Source of the DNA: an uncultured Bacilli bacterium
GTDB lineage: Bacteria; Bacillota_I; Bacilli_A; RF39; UBA660
Assembly: GCA_947598485.1 (NCBI GenBank)
Contig: CANQFJ010000001.1
Coordinates: forward strand, 11,469 to 75,468
DNA length: 64,000 bases
Direction: 5' to 3'
The position numbers and the translations under genes are program-made. Below are positions 1 through 9,252 of the stretch, piece by piece. The notes below the pieces were generated by a model. The model searched no databases. It had not been told where the DNA came from and was given only the letters and a program-made list of their open reading frames with translations. Position 1 is the stretch's first letter, and every line of letters begins with the position of its first letter.

Positions 1-995
1 TTACAAATTTAAAAGGAATAACTATTTATGATTTATTAACTTATAAACCTCTTAAAACTGATAGCAGAGTTGATGGGGCAAAATCAGCAGAAGAAGCCGA
101 AAAAATATTGTTTACTGCTAGCCCAAGAGAAGTTGAACCTAACCAAAGCATTTATAATGATTTTGATGCAATGACATTAAAATATGTCGTTGAAAGCGTT
201 ACAAAAATGCGTTATTATGATTTTTTAAAGAAATATCTTCTTGAACCTCTTGGCATGAATGATACTTTGACATCTTTTAGTGATAGTCAAAAGTCACGGA
301 TAGTATCCACTAATGGAGATATTAGAATTAATAAAGATGGTAGTATTATAGAAAGAAATTACATTGAAAGAGGTGTATCATCTGATGATAAAGCTAGAAT
401 TCTTGGCCAACCTTTCGGTAATTTAAGTGGCCATGCGGGATTATTTTCTAATGCTCAAGATATGGAAAAACTTACTAAAAGTTTTATTGCATCAAGTTTT
501 ATAAGTTATGAACTACGTGATGAGATGGCAAGAAATCATACTGGTCATTTATATTCTAAACCTACAGGAGCTACTTGGGCTACCCAATTTTTTGGAATGT
601 TATGTTACTCTAAAAATCCTATTGAAGATATAACCGAGGTTTATCATTCCTTAAGTGGTAATTCTTTTTCTGCCGCAGGCTGGTCAGGAACATACTATAC
701 CGTTGATCCTCTTAATGGCATAGGAGTATTCTTTGGCTCTAATAGAACTCATAATCGTGTATCTATTAATGCTTTACCAGATAATGTTAAAACCGCTCCT
801 ACGGGCGTTAAATATATAACTTTGCCTGATGGAAGAGATATTATCGATAGTTCAAGATATGCCTATGAAAGAGAATATATTGTTTCTCCAGCCATTGAGC
901 TTTCTTTAAAGCTTAAAGTTTTGGAGGACATTGTTCAAGCTCGAGAAAATGATCTTGAATTTGAATCTGAAGAAGAACACACAAAAGTAATGTAA
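1..995 (+). CDS. Beta-lactamase-family serine hydrolase, C-terminal part (5' end lies upstream of the window)
   Basis: Frame 3 is open from nt 3 (..GITIYDLLTYKPL..) and runs into listed ORF 108..995, whose first codon is only an in-frame TTG. LLEPLGMNDT and GHAGLFSNAQDMEKL resemble class-C beta-lactamase/PBP-like esterases. Confidence 0.65.
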   Translation, partial: TNLKGITIYDLLTYKPLKTDSRVDGAKSAEEAEKILFTASPREVEPNQSIYNDFDAMTLKYVVESVTKMRYYDFLKKYLLEPLGMNDTLTSFSDSQKSRIVSTNGDIRINKDGSIIERNYIERGVSSDDKARILGQPFGNLSGHAGLFSNAQDMEKLTKSFIASSFISYELRDEMARNHTGHLYSKPTGATWATQFFGMLCYSKNPIEDITEVYHSLSGNSFSAAGWSGTYYTVDPLNGIGVFFGSNRTHNRVSINALPDNVKTAPTGVKYITLPDGRDIIDSSRYAYEREYIVSPAIELSLKLKVLEDIVQARENDLEFESEEEHTKVM

Positions 996-1049
996 TTATA
1001 AAATTGTTAAATTAATCTAATTGGGTAATAATTTTATTTGTTAAAAGTT

Positions 1050-1085
1050 GATATTTATAATTGATAGTTATAAATATCTTTTTTT
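1050..1085 (+). terminator. Rho-independent terminator candidate after the hydrolase gene
   Basis: Perfect 11-bp AT-rich stem gatatttataa/ttataaatatc, 7-nt loop, then a run of 7 T. Confidence 0.45.
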
Positions 1086-1129
1086 AAGTTACGAAATTAA
1101 AACGATGTCGAAAAAGGTAATAAATTGTC

Positions 1130-1158
1130 TTGAAAAAACAGGTAAAAGGTGCTAAGAT
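1130..1158 (+). promoter_or_regulatory. Sigma-70-type promoter candidate for the surface-protein gene
   Basis: TTGAAA (1130..1135), 17-nt spacer, TGcTAAGAT extended -10 (1150..1158), about 80 nt upstream of ATG 1237. Confidence 0.4.
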
Positions 1159-1236
1159 AAGGGCAAAATCAATGACTTGGTTTGCATCACATATGTCACT
1201 GGTTTTAACATAAATTATATAGGAGGTTGATTATTT

Positions 1237-4200
1237 ATGAAGAACAAAAAGTTATATTTTATTATACCGATAGTTTTACTTATATTCATTGGATTTACAA
1301 TCTTTGCCGTTGTAAATTTTAAAGATGATGAAGAAATACTAGAAGGCAATAAGACACAAGAAGTAGAAGACAATAATGCAGAAGATATTGATTCAGAAGA
1401 TCATGAATCTGAAGAAAAAGATGATGATAAAGAAGAATCTGATAATAAAAATGATGCAGAAAGCACTAAACCAACATACTATCCAGAAGTAGTAGATCAT
1501 AGTTATGACGATGCTAAAAAACTAGTAGACGAGTTACAAAGCTTGCTAGGCAAAGCTGATAGTTTAAAAGCTTTAAATAATGTAAGAGATAGTTATAGTG
1601 CTGAAGATATTCAAAAAGCTATTGATGCCGTAACAGATAAAGCTTTAAAAAAAGAACTTCAAGCAATGCTAGATGAATTAGCTAAAGTATTAGATGATAC
1701 TACTGCACCTAAATTAAATATATCAGATGATACAGTATATGGTAGTAGCTTAGAAGTAACTTCTGATGATGAAAATGCTAAGATTACGATAATAGATTCA
1801 GAAGGTCAAATTGTTAATGGCAAGTTAAAAGATGGTAAATATACAGTTAAAGCCGTAGACGAAGCTTTTAATGAAGTTACAGCCGAAATTACAATAGATA
1901 CAACAGCACCACAAGTAACAGGAATAAATAATAAGGCTATAACAAAAGACAATGTAACCTTAAAAATAAATGATCTAACAAAGACAACAGTAAAAGTAAA
2001 TGGCAAAGAAGTAAAAAGTTTAACATTTGATGATGACGGAATATATGAAGTAGCCGTTGTTGATGAAGCCGGAAATGAAACAAATGTAGCATTTACAATA
2101 GATACAACCGCACCAATTATTAATGGAGTAGAAGATGGTGACATTACAGGAAAAATAGTTGAATTAGTATTAGTTGATTTAACAAAGACAACAGTTAAAG
2201 TAAATGGTGAAGAAACAGAAGATTTAACATTTGCAGAAGATGGCATATATGAAGTTGAAGTAATAGATGAAGTAGAAAATGCCTCTAATATAACATTCAC
2301 AGTTGATAGAACAGCTCCTATCGTTACAGGAATAAGTGATAAAGGTGTAACGAATGAAAATGTAACACTTGAAATAACTGATTTAACAAACACAACTGTT
2401 AAAATAAATGGCGTAGAATATACACCTAAAAGAGCTTTAAGAGCAATGGCAAGAGCAAAAGTAAGTGCAGCAACACCAAAGAGTTTAACATTTGAAAATG
2501 AAGGAAACTATGATGTAGAAATAATTGATGGTGCCAAAAACGTAACAGAAATTACATTTACAATTGATAGAACTAAACCTGTGCCAACTATTACGGCATA
2601 TTCTGATGAAGGCTTGACATCTGAAATAAAGGCTGGCAGTGTAACTAATGCTCAAAATATTTTCTTAATTGTAGAGTGGCCAGAAGATGTTGAAGGTGAT
2701 TTTAGTGGCAAAAGCTTTTGGCGCGATGGATTTGATATAGGAGCTACAGTTGGAAGACCAGATCCAGATAATAGTAACAAATATAGAGTTAAACTTTGGA
2801 CATTAGATGAGCAAGAAAATGAAGCAAAATTTGTTATTTATGCTGATGCTATGAAGGATAAAGCAGGTAACACAAACGATCAAATAACATTTAACATTAA
2901 GATAGATAGAAAAGATCCAGAAATAACTGTCAAAGATAGTAATGTTGAAATTACTGATGCTAATAATATTGTTTATTCTGTATCTAAAAAGGATGAGACC
3001 GAAATTCTTACTGATATAGATCCTAAAGATAATCATGCAAGATTTAATATTGGCTTGATGGGTGCAGGCGATTATATAATCGAGGCAGTTGATTTAGCTG
3101 GTAACTCTAGAACACTTGAAGTAAAACAAGAAGCTAGTTCTAGTGAACCACTAACTAATATCCAAGAAGGAGATACAGTGTATTTACCTGATGGTGATAC
3201 AAATGCTACACAATTAAGTGATTTACCAAGTGGTGTAACTATTATTGGTGGAGTTAATGGAGAAACGTCAACTATAAATGGTGATTTTACTATTAATAAG
3301 GAAAATATAACATTAGAAAACGTAACTGTTGGTGGTACCTTAACAGTAACTAGTTCAAACGTAACTTTAAATAATGTTAATGCTACAAGTACAGGTTCTG
3401 GTGCTTTAACAATAGGATCAGAAAATGATGGAAAAACCTATAAAAACATTGTTATAAATGGCGGAAACTATAAGACAACAAACGAAAACAATCAAGGTGA
3501 AGGAGCATTAAGAATATTCAATGCTGAGGATATTTCAATCCATAATCTAACCCTTAATGGTGGAATACATTTAATTAATTATAAAGGAAAAACTGCTGAT
3601 ATTTCAGATAACAAGATAATATATGATTATAAAGGAACAACTCCATTAGTAGGTATATTAATAACTACAGATAATCAAGGCGATTACACTGCTCAACAAT
3701 TATATAAAAATAATGAGTTTGATATGGACAGCTTAACTAATAGTTATTATGTAGCTATTCAAGGTGTAGATTGGCATAATATAGATGCTATTCAAGTTGG
3801 AAAATATGTAGAAATTAGTTCTGCTGATCAATTAAGAAAATTATCATCAAATACAAGTGATTATACAGGAAAAAGAATAGTACTTACAGATGACATAGAT
3901 TTAGCAGGAGAAAAATGGACGCCAATTGATGGAAGAAAGTTGAGTGGAACCATAATAGATGGAGATGGCCATTCAATTAAAAATATGACTATTGAAGTAA
4001 AAGAAGAGGCAGGTTTTATAGGATTCAATTCTAGTAATGTCATTATTAGAAATATTACATTTGATAATGCAAATGTTAAAACAACTGCTACTTCACAAGC
4101 ATATGCAGGCGTTGTAATTTCTAAGAACTATGCAGCAATTACATTAGAAAATGTTAACGTTATAAATAGTAGGGTTGATAATAACTGGCAAGCTGGTGGC

Positions 4201-5097
4201 CTTGTAGGATTTGCAGAAGGCAATGGTCCAACATTTATTAACTGCTTTATAAAAAATTCATTTGTAGGCGGTAAAAATTCTACTGCTGGCACTCTATTTG
4301 GCTTAGGCAAAGTTAATATTACTGTTAAAGGATGTAGTGCTGAAAATGTACAACTATATACTGATGGTCTAACTTGGGAGTCATTACAAAAAAAGAATAA
4401 TAATTTTTGGGTAGGAGATTTATACGATGAAGGTAAGCTAACAGTTGAAAATAGTACAGAAACAAATGTGACAGTTGTAGGTGAACAAGAACCTCAAGAA
4501 TCTGTGGCAAATGAAACAAGTAATTCTGAAGAAGAACAAATAAATACAAATTCTCAAGAAACTACACCTTCTGAACCTAATTTAGCAATAAGTAACTCAG
4601 AAATTGTTATAGAGGCTTTCCCTTATCTATTTCAACCATTTAATGTAACTAAAATGGGCGAATTAATTGAGGAAAGTAGCCTTACTATTACATCAGCAGA
4701 TGATTTAGAATTTAATGAATTTATTGCAAGTCACAATTATGAACCTAAAAATGTAATTTGGTGGGCACAATTTAGTTGCGATACAGATAAATGTGAAGGC
4801 TTTAAGAAGCAAGGAACAGATGAATTAACTGATACAGTAGTTGAAGGCAGAAGAGGAGACGCTTCTATTACTATAGAAGCTCCAAAAGCAAAAGAAGGAT
4901 ATACTTTTGTAGGATGGGAAAAATCTATAGTAGATTATTGCGGAATGAAAATCCAAGGATTTGAAGCAATATATGAAGAAATTAAAGCTGAAGAAGTAAC
5001 TGAAAATATTGAAGCTAGTGAAGACGAAATTATAGATAATAATATTAATGAATTAGATATTTTAGAAAAAGTTAATCCAGTTGAAGTACAAGATTAA
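1237..5097 (+). CDS. Large cell-surface protein: N-terminal membrane anchor/signal, acidic linker, tandem Ig-like modules, beta-helix-like region, GLUG-motif region
   Basis: GGAGG RBS 8 nt upstream. Hydrophobic N-terminus YFIIPIVLLIFIGFTIFAVV and a D/E-rich linker. Four modules are bounded by (T/V)ID(T/R)T(A/K)P. NVT/NVN-rich repeats (ITLENVTVGGTLTVTSSNVTLNNVNA) suggest a parallel beta-helix. AGGLVGFAEG..STAGTLFG resembles the GLUG motif. No LPXTG. Confidence 0.8.
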   Translation: MKNKKLYFIIPIVLLIFIGFTIFAVVNFKDDEEILEGNKTQEVEDNNAEDIDSEDHESEEKDDDKEESDNKNDAESTKPTYYPEVVDHSYDDAKKLVDELQSLLGKADSLKALNNVRDSYSAEDIQKAIDAVTDKALKKELQAMLDELAKVLDDTTAPKLNISDDTVYGSSLEVTSDDENAKITIIDSEGQIVNGKLKDGKYTVKAVDEAFNEVTAEITIDTTAPQVTGINNKAITKDNVTLKINDLTKTTVKVNGKEVKSLTFDDDGIYEVAVVDEAGNETNVAFTIDTTAPIINGVEDGDITGKIVELVLVDLTKTTVKVNGEETEDLTFAEDGIYEVEVIDEVENASNITFTVDRTAPIVTGISDKGVTNENVTLEITDLTNTTVKINGVEYTPKRALRAMARAKVSAATPKSLTFENEGNYDVEIIDGAKNVTEITFTIDRTKPVPTITAYSDEGLTSEIKAGSVTNAQNIFLIVEWPEDVEGDFSGKSFWRDGFDIGATVGRPDPDNSNKYRVKLWTLDEQENEAKFVIYADAMKDKAGNTNDQITFNIKIDRKDPEITVKDSNVEITDANNIVYSVSKKDETEILTDIDPKDNHARFNIGLMGAGDYIIEAVDLAGNSRTLEVKQEASSSEPLTNIQEGDTVYLPDGDTNATQLSDLPSGVTIIGGVNGETSTINGDFTINKENITLENVTVGGTLTVTSSNVTLNNVNATSTGSGALTIGSENDGKTYKNIVINGGNYKTTNENNQGEGALRIFNAEDISIHNLTLNGGIHLINYKGKTADISDNKIIYDYKGTTPLVGILITTDNQGDYTAQQLYKNNEFDMDSLTNSYYVAIQGVDWHNIDAIQVGKYVEISSADQLRKLSSNTSDYTGKRIVLTDDIDLAGEKWTPIDGRKLSGTIIDGDGHSIKNMTIEVKEEAGFIGFNSSNVIIRNITFDNANVKTTATSQAYAGVVISKNYAAITLENVNVINSRVDNNWQAGGLVGFAEGNGPTFINCFIKNSFVGGKNSTAGTLFGLGKVNITVKGCSAENVQLYTDGLTWESLQKKNNNFWVGDLYDEGKLTVENSTETNVTVVGEQEPQESVANETSNSEEEQINTNSQETTPSEPNLAISNSEIVIEAFPYLFQPFNVTKMGELIEESSLTITSADDLEFNEFIASHNYEPKNVIWWAQFSCDTDKCEGFKKQGTDELTDTVVEGRRGDASITIEAPKAKEGYTFVGWEKSIVDYCGMKIQGFEAIYEEIKAEEVTENIEASEDEIIDNNINELDILEKVNPVEVQD
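1696..2580 (+). repeat. Four tandem ~67-87-codon coding repeats (Ig-like modules) inside the surface-protein gene
   Basis: The boundary motif DTTAP/DRTAP/DRTKP recurs at residues 154, 221, 289, 357 and 444. Each unit contains ..DLTKTTVKVNG..LTF..DGIYEV.V.DE.GN.. Confidence 0.85.
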
Positions 5098-5120
5098 CTG
5101 AGAAAAAGGATATGATATAA

Positions 5121-5152
5121 AAAGATGAAAATGGGAAACCTTTCATCTTTTT
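5121..5152 (+). terminator. Rho-independent terminator of the surface-protein gene
   Basis: Perfect 10-bp stem aaagatgaaa/tttcatcttt, 10-nt loop, T-rich tail, 24 nt after the stop codon. Confidence 0.55.
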
Positions 5153-5228
5153 AGTTGTATAATTTTATTAGTTTTTTGTTTTCTTGATAATTTTATTAAT
5201 ATGCGTTAAAATTATCATAGGTGATAGT

Positions 5229-7082
5229 ATGCTAGGGATAATTCAAACAGTAGCAATAGTATTTTCAGCTAGTTATTTATTGTTAGTCTTTTTAATTTTT
5301 ATATCTAAAAAAAGAATTAATAATATTGAATCAAATATATATCGTAATTTGATTGTTATAAATTTATTTACTTTAACTGCAGAAATAGTATTATGTTTTT
5401 TATCAAAGATAATATTTATGAAAGCTCCTTGGGATGTTAATGCCATTCCTATTGTTGAAGGTGTCAATCCTGGTCAAAAGTTTTTATTTCTAATAACTAG
5501 TAAGATTTTTATCACACTTGTGTTACTATGGTTTGTTAATGTCTTTAAATATACTTTTTATTTGTGTCATAAAAGTACTATGAATACTAATAAATTTAAA
5601 AAAGTAAATAATATTTTTAATTTAGTTTATTTAGTATTTGCTTGTATTGTCATAATACTTCCTATTGAATATATTGTAAGTGAGTCAAGTGGTAGAGTTG
5701 CTGGAGCGTCTACTAATTTTGCTATGTTGGGTATTATGGCTTGCTTACTTGGTATTCTATTTTATATTGTAGCTAACTTTAAAAAGTTAGAAATTAAAAA
5801 AGTTATTCCCCTTATAATTTTAATACTTTTAATGGCTCTTGCTATTTTTGTTCAAATAATGTATCCTGAGTTATTAGTATTTAATACTGTTATCACTTTT
5901 ATAACAATATTTATGTATAATACAATTGAAAATCCGGATATAAAGATTATAAATGAACTATATCGTAATAAAGAGTTAGTTGAACAAAATTATGAAGACA
6001 AGTATAATTTCTTATTTGAAATTACGGGAGAGGCTAGAAAACCTCTTGCCGATATTACCAAGCTATGTAATGAACTTAAAAATCAAGAAGATCCGGCGAT
6101 TATAAATCAAGGATTAATGTTAATTAATAATATGGTATCTCAATTAAACTTTACAATTAATAATATTCTCGATATTTCAGTTATGGATGCTCATAAGATT
6201 AAATTTATTGATACTAAATATGACTTAGAGAAGTTTTGCAATGATATAATTACCCAAATTAAAACTAATATTAATAGTGATATTTCTCTTAAAGTATCTT
6301 TACCGAATAAAATGCCAATTTTATATGGCGATTATCTTAAGTTAAGACAAATACTATATTCGCTTATTATTACTCCTGCTCGGGATAAAAAGAATACAGT
6401 TATTGAATTTAAAGTCGATTTGATTGAACGTTTTGATTGTTGTAGAGTAATATTTACCATTATCGCGGATAATAGTAATATTTCCATTGAAGATATCAAT
6501 ACTATTTTAAGTGCCACTGGTGAATTTAATCAAAACGATTTATATAATTTAGAGAAGAAAGAATTAGACATGGTTTTATGCCAAAAAGTAATTAAAGTTA
6601 TGGGTGGTAGTCTAATGATTAAATCCAATAAAAGTGGTACAGAAATTAAGCTTGTTATTGACCAAAAAACTTATCAAGATAATGAAGAAAATTTATTAAA
6701 TAAATATTTAGATGAGTATAATGATCGAAAGAAAATACTTATTGTAACTCAAGATAAACAAATTAATGATAACATGAAAAAATATTTGGATAAAGATAGG
6801 TATTCGGTATTTAGCTATTTGTATGGTAAAGATGCCCTAGATCGAATAAAATCCGGACGTAAATATGATTATATATTTGTATCTGATACTATGGATATGA
6901 TGAGTGGGCTAGAGTTTTTAAAAGAATTAAAGATGATAAATAATTTCAATACTCCTGTATATATAATGATTCATAAAAATAGTGAAAACCTTGGTAAACA
7001 CTATATTGATGAAGGTTTTACTAATTATATAATTACAGAAGAATTAGTAAATGGACTAGAAGAATTATTTAAAAGAAATTAA
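5229..7082 (+). CDS. Polytopic membrane protein with degenerate histidine-kinase and degenerate receiver domains (pseudo hybrid sensor kinase)
   Basis: ATG 5229 is preceded by aggtga. There are about 6-7 hydrophobic helices. The H-box reads FLFEITGEARKPL, with Gly where the phospho-His should be. The N-box Asn and DxGxG are absent (IITPARD, IADNSNIS), while a G2-like VMGGSL is kept. The C-terminal REC-like fold keeps FVSD but lacks the DD pair and the conserved Lys. Confidence 0.65.
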   Translation: MLGIIQTVAIVFSASYLLLVFLIFISKKRINNIESNIYRNLIVINLFTLTAEIVLCFLSKIIFMKAPWDVNAIPIVEGVNPGQKFLFLITSKIFITLVLLWFVNVFKYTFYLCHKSTMNTNKFKKVNNIFNLVYLVFACIVIILPIEYIVSESSGRVAGASTNFAMLGIMACLLGILFYIVANFKKLEIKKVIPLIILILLMALAIFVQIMYPELLVFNTVITFITIFMYNTIENPDIKIINELYRNKELVEQNYEDKYNFLFEITGEARKPLADITKLCNELKNQEDPAIINQGLMLINNMVSQLNFTINNILDISVMDAHKIKFIDTKYDLEKFCNDIITQIKTNINSDISLKVSLPNKMPILYGDYLKLRQILYSLIITPARDKKNTVIEFKVDLIERFDCCRVIFTIIADNSNISIEDINTILSATGEFNQNDLYNLEKKELDMVLCQKVIKVMGGSLMIKSNKSGTEIKLVIDQKTYQDNEENLLNKYLDEYNDRKKILIVTQDKQINDNMKKYLDKDRYSVFSYLYGKDALDRIKSGRKYDYIFVSDTMDMMSGLEFLKELKMINNFNTPVYIMIHKNSENLGKHYIDEGFTNYIITEELVNGLEELFKRN

Positions 7083-7141
7083 ATTGTTTCCTGCTAGATA
7101 TACTTATAAATATAATGAAAAAGAATAAAGAGGTGTTTTAA

Positions 7142-9019
7142 ATGTTTGGGAAAATTCTTTATATAAGTGATAACGTGGCCCATGTTCAAAATTTGAATAT
7201 GGGTGATGAAACTACGGATTTGATGAACTTGCATGTTGTTTTTGAAAGTAATGATCAAAGAATCCTTGGGGAAATTACAGAAATTAATTCTGACGTTATA
7301 AAAATTCGCTTTTTAGGAGAATATCAAGGTAATAATTATATAAATGGTGTGCTTAGAAAACCTTTATTATCTTCGACTATAAGAGTTATAAATACTCAAG
7401 AATTAATTGCTTTAGTAGGTGAATATAGTAAAGATAGTTTCATACTAGGTCAAAGTGCTATTTATAAGCAATTTACTGTGTGTCCTAATATTAATGATTT
7501 ATTCTCAAACCATTTGTGTATATTTGGAAACTCAGGTTCTGGTAAATCATGTGGCGTATCGAGAATTATTCAAAATATTTTTGAAAATAAGTATGCAGCT
7601 GCGAAAAATGCAAACTTTTTCTTTTTCGATGCCTATGGTGAATATAAAAATGCTTTTAGTAAATTGCAAGAAGTTAATTCAGATTATTCCTATAAATTTA
7701 TTACTACTAATCCCCAAGAGGAAAGCGATGAAAGATTAGCTATCCCTGTTAATTTATTAACACTAGATGACTATGCCTTACTTTTACAAGCTAATACTCA
7801 TACGCAACTACCAATATTGGAAAAAACCTTAAAGCTTGCTAAAATATTTGCTACAGATAGTGAAGAGAGTCATCAATATAAAAATCACCTTATTGCTAAA
7901 GCCTTGATAGCTATTTTGTTTAGTAGTGAAACAACGGCTCAAAAGAAGAATGAAATCTTTACAATAATTGAAACTTGTCATACTCCTGAATTTAATTTTG
8001 ATACAACGATACAAGGTTTAGGATATACCCGTAGCTTTAGTGAGTGTTTTGAAATAGATTCTAATGGCTATTTTGGTGAATCTGTTTTAATAACAGAGTA
8101 TATATTAAGTTTTGTTAATGAAGATTTAGAAAATCTAGAGCCAGACCCTCATGCTTTCTATACTTTAAAAGACTATTCTAAAGCCTTAGAATTTTGTCTT
8201 ATTGGCGAAGGCTTTTTACACAATGATACTTTAGTAGATGAAGCATCTATTTTAAGAGTTAGAATTAATACGATTGCAAATGGGGTAGTAGGAACATATT
8301 TCGTTGGTGATAAATATGTTTCTAATACGGAATTTATTGATAACTTAAAAAGTTTAAATAATCGTAAGGCCCAAATAATTAATATTAATCTTGAAGATAT
8401 TGATGATGTTTATGCCAAGGTTATTGTTAAAATCTTTTCTAAATTCTTATTTGAATATGCTAAGGGGTTAAAAAATAGAGCCTCAATGCCATTTCATTTA
8501 TTTTTAGAGGAAGCACACAGGTATATTCAAAAAGACAGTGATACATTCTTATTAGGATATAATATTTTTGACCGTATTGCCAAAGAAGGACGTAAATATG
8601 GAGTTATACTAGATATAATCTCTCAAAGACCTGTTGAAATCTCTGAGACCGTTATCGCTCAATGTTCTAATTTTTTAATATTTAAAATGACTCACCCATT
8701 AGATATAAAGTATATTGAAGAAATGCTTCCTAACATGTCAACAGACGTTATAGAAAAGTTAAAAACTTTGCAACCTGGTACCTGTGTAGCCTTTGGTACA
8801 GCTTTTAAAATTCCTATGATATGTCGTTTAGAGATGCCTAATCCAACACCATATTCATCAAGCTGTGATGTAAGTAATTGCTGGCATCAAAATATATCAG
8901 TTGCAGATAATACTAGTGCTAGTGCTGAGCAAATACCAATGGTTAATTCTAGTAGTGAATTTAATGACAACATTATTCCTATCTCTAGTATGCAAGATGT
9001 TTCTACGTCAAATTCATAA
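7142..9019 (+). CDS. HerA/FtsK-superfamily (DUF87-type) P-loop ATPase
   Basis: RBS agagg upstream. N-terminal HAS-barrel-like segment (GKILYISDNVAHVQ..ILGEITEI), Walker A GNSGSGKS, Walker B-like FHLFLEEAHRY, RKYGVILDIISQRP, and a S/N-rich C-terminal tail. Confidence 0.75.
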   Translation: MFGKILYISDNVAHVQNLNMGDETTDLMNLHVVFESNDQRILGEITEINSDVIKIRFLGEYQGNNYINGVLRKPLLSSTIRVINTQELIALVGEYSKDSFILGQSAIYKQFTVCPNINDLFSNHLCIFGNSGSGKSCGVSRIIQNIFENKYAAAKNANFFFFDAYGEYKNAFSKLQEVNSDYSYKFITTNPQEESDERLAIPVNLLTLDDYALLLQANTHTQLPILEKTLKLAKIFATDSEESHQYKNHLIAKALIAILFSSETTAQKKNEIFTIIETCHTPEFNFDTTIQGLGYTRSFSECFEIDSNGYFGESVLITEYILSFVNEDLENLEPDPHAFYTLKDYSKALEFCLIGEGFLHNDTLVDEASILRVRINTIANGVVGTYFVGDKYVSNTEFIDNLKSLNNRKAQIININLEDIDDVYAKVIVKIFSKFLFEYAKGLKNRASMPFHLFLEEAHRYIQKDSDTFLLGYNIFDRIAKEGRKYGVILDIISQRPVEISETVIAQCSNFLIFKMTHPLDIKYIEEMLPNMSTDVIEKLKTLQPGTCVAFGTAFKIPMICRLEMPNPTPYSSSCDVSNCWHQNISVADNTSASAEQIPMVNSSSEFNDNIIPISSMQDVSTSNS

Positions 9020-9046
9020 AATTATATTTATTAAATAATAAGTCCA

Positions 9047-9055
9047 TGGTATAAT
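9047..9055 (+). promoter_or_regulatory. Extended -10 promoter element upstream of tcdA-dxs
   Basis: Exact TGgTATAAT. It would give a ~190-nt leader before ATG 9253. Confidence 0.45.
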
Positions 9056-9252
9056 TAAATTACCTAGATAAAGGTTTATAGTTTCATAAAACCGACAATG
9101 ATAGATATAAGGGAATCTAATTGATTTATGGTGTAGAAGACTTATCCAGTAAGTGAATAAGGATCCTAAAGTAAGTCATGTGATGCCCACCTGCGTAAGG
9201 CGGGATTTTATCATACATAAACCACTCTAGGTTTTTATTTAGGATAAAAAAG

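Noticed and set aside
1806-2393. 195-aa minus-strand ORF inside the surface-protein gene
   Set aside because: It lies entirely antisense to a well-supported CDS. Its S/T/V/F-rich low-complexity translation is simply what the reverse complement of the tandem repeat region yields. It has no RBS.
9056-9252. TPP riboswitch upstream of dxs
   Set aside because: I could find no CUGAGA or ACCUGAUCUGGAUAAUGCCAGCG-like core on either strand. Only generic hairpins are present, so it is kept as a low-interest leader observation.
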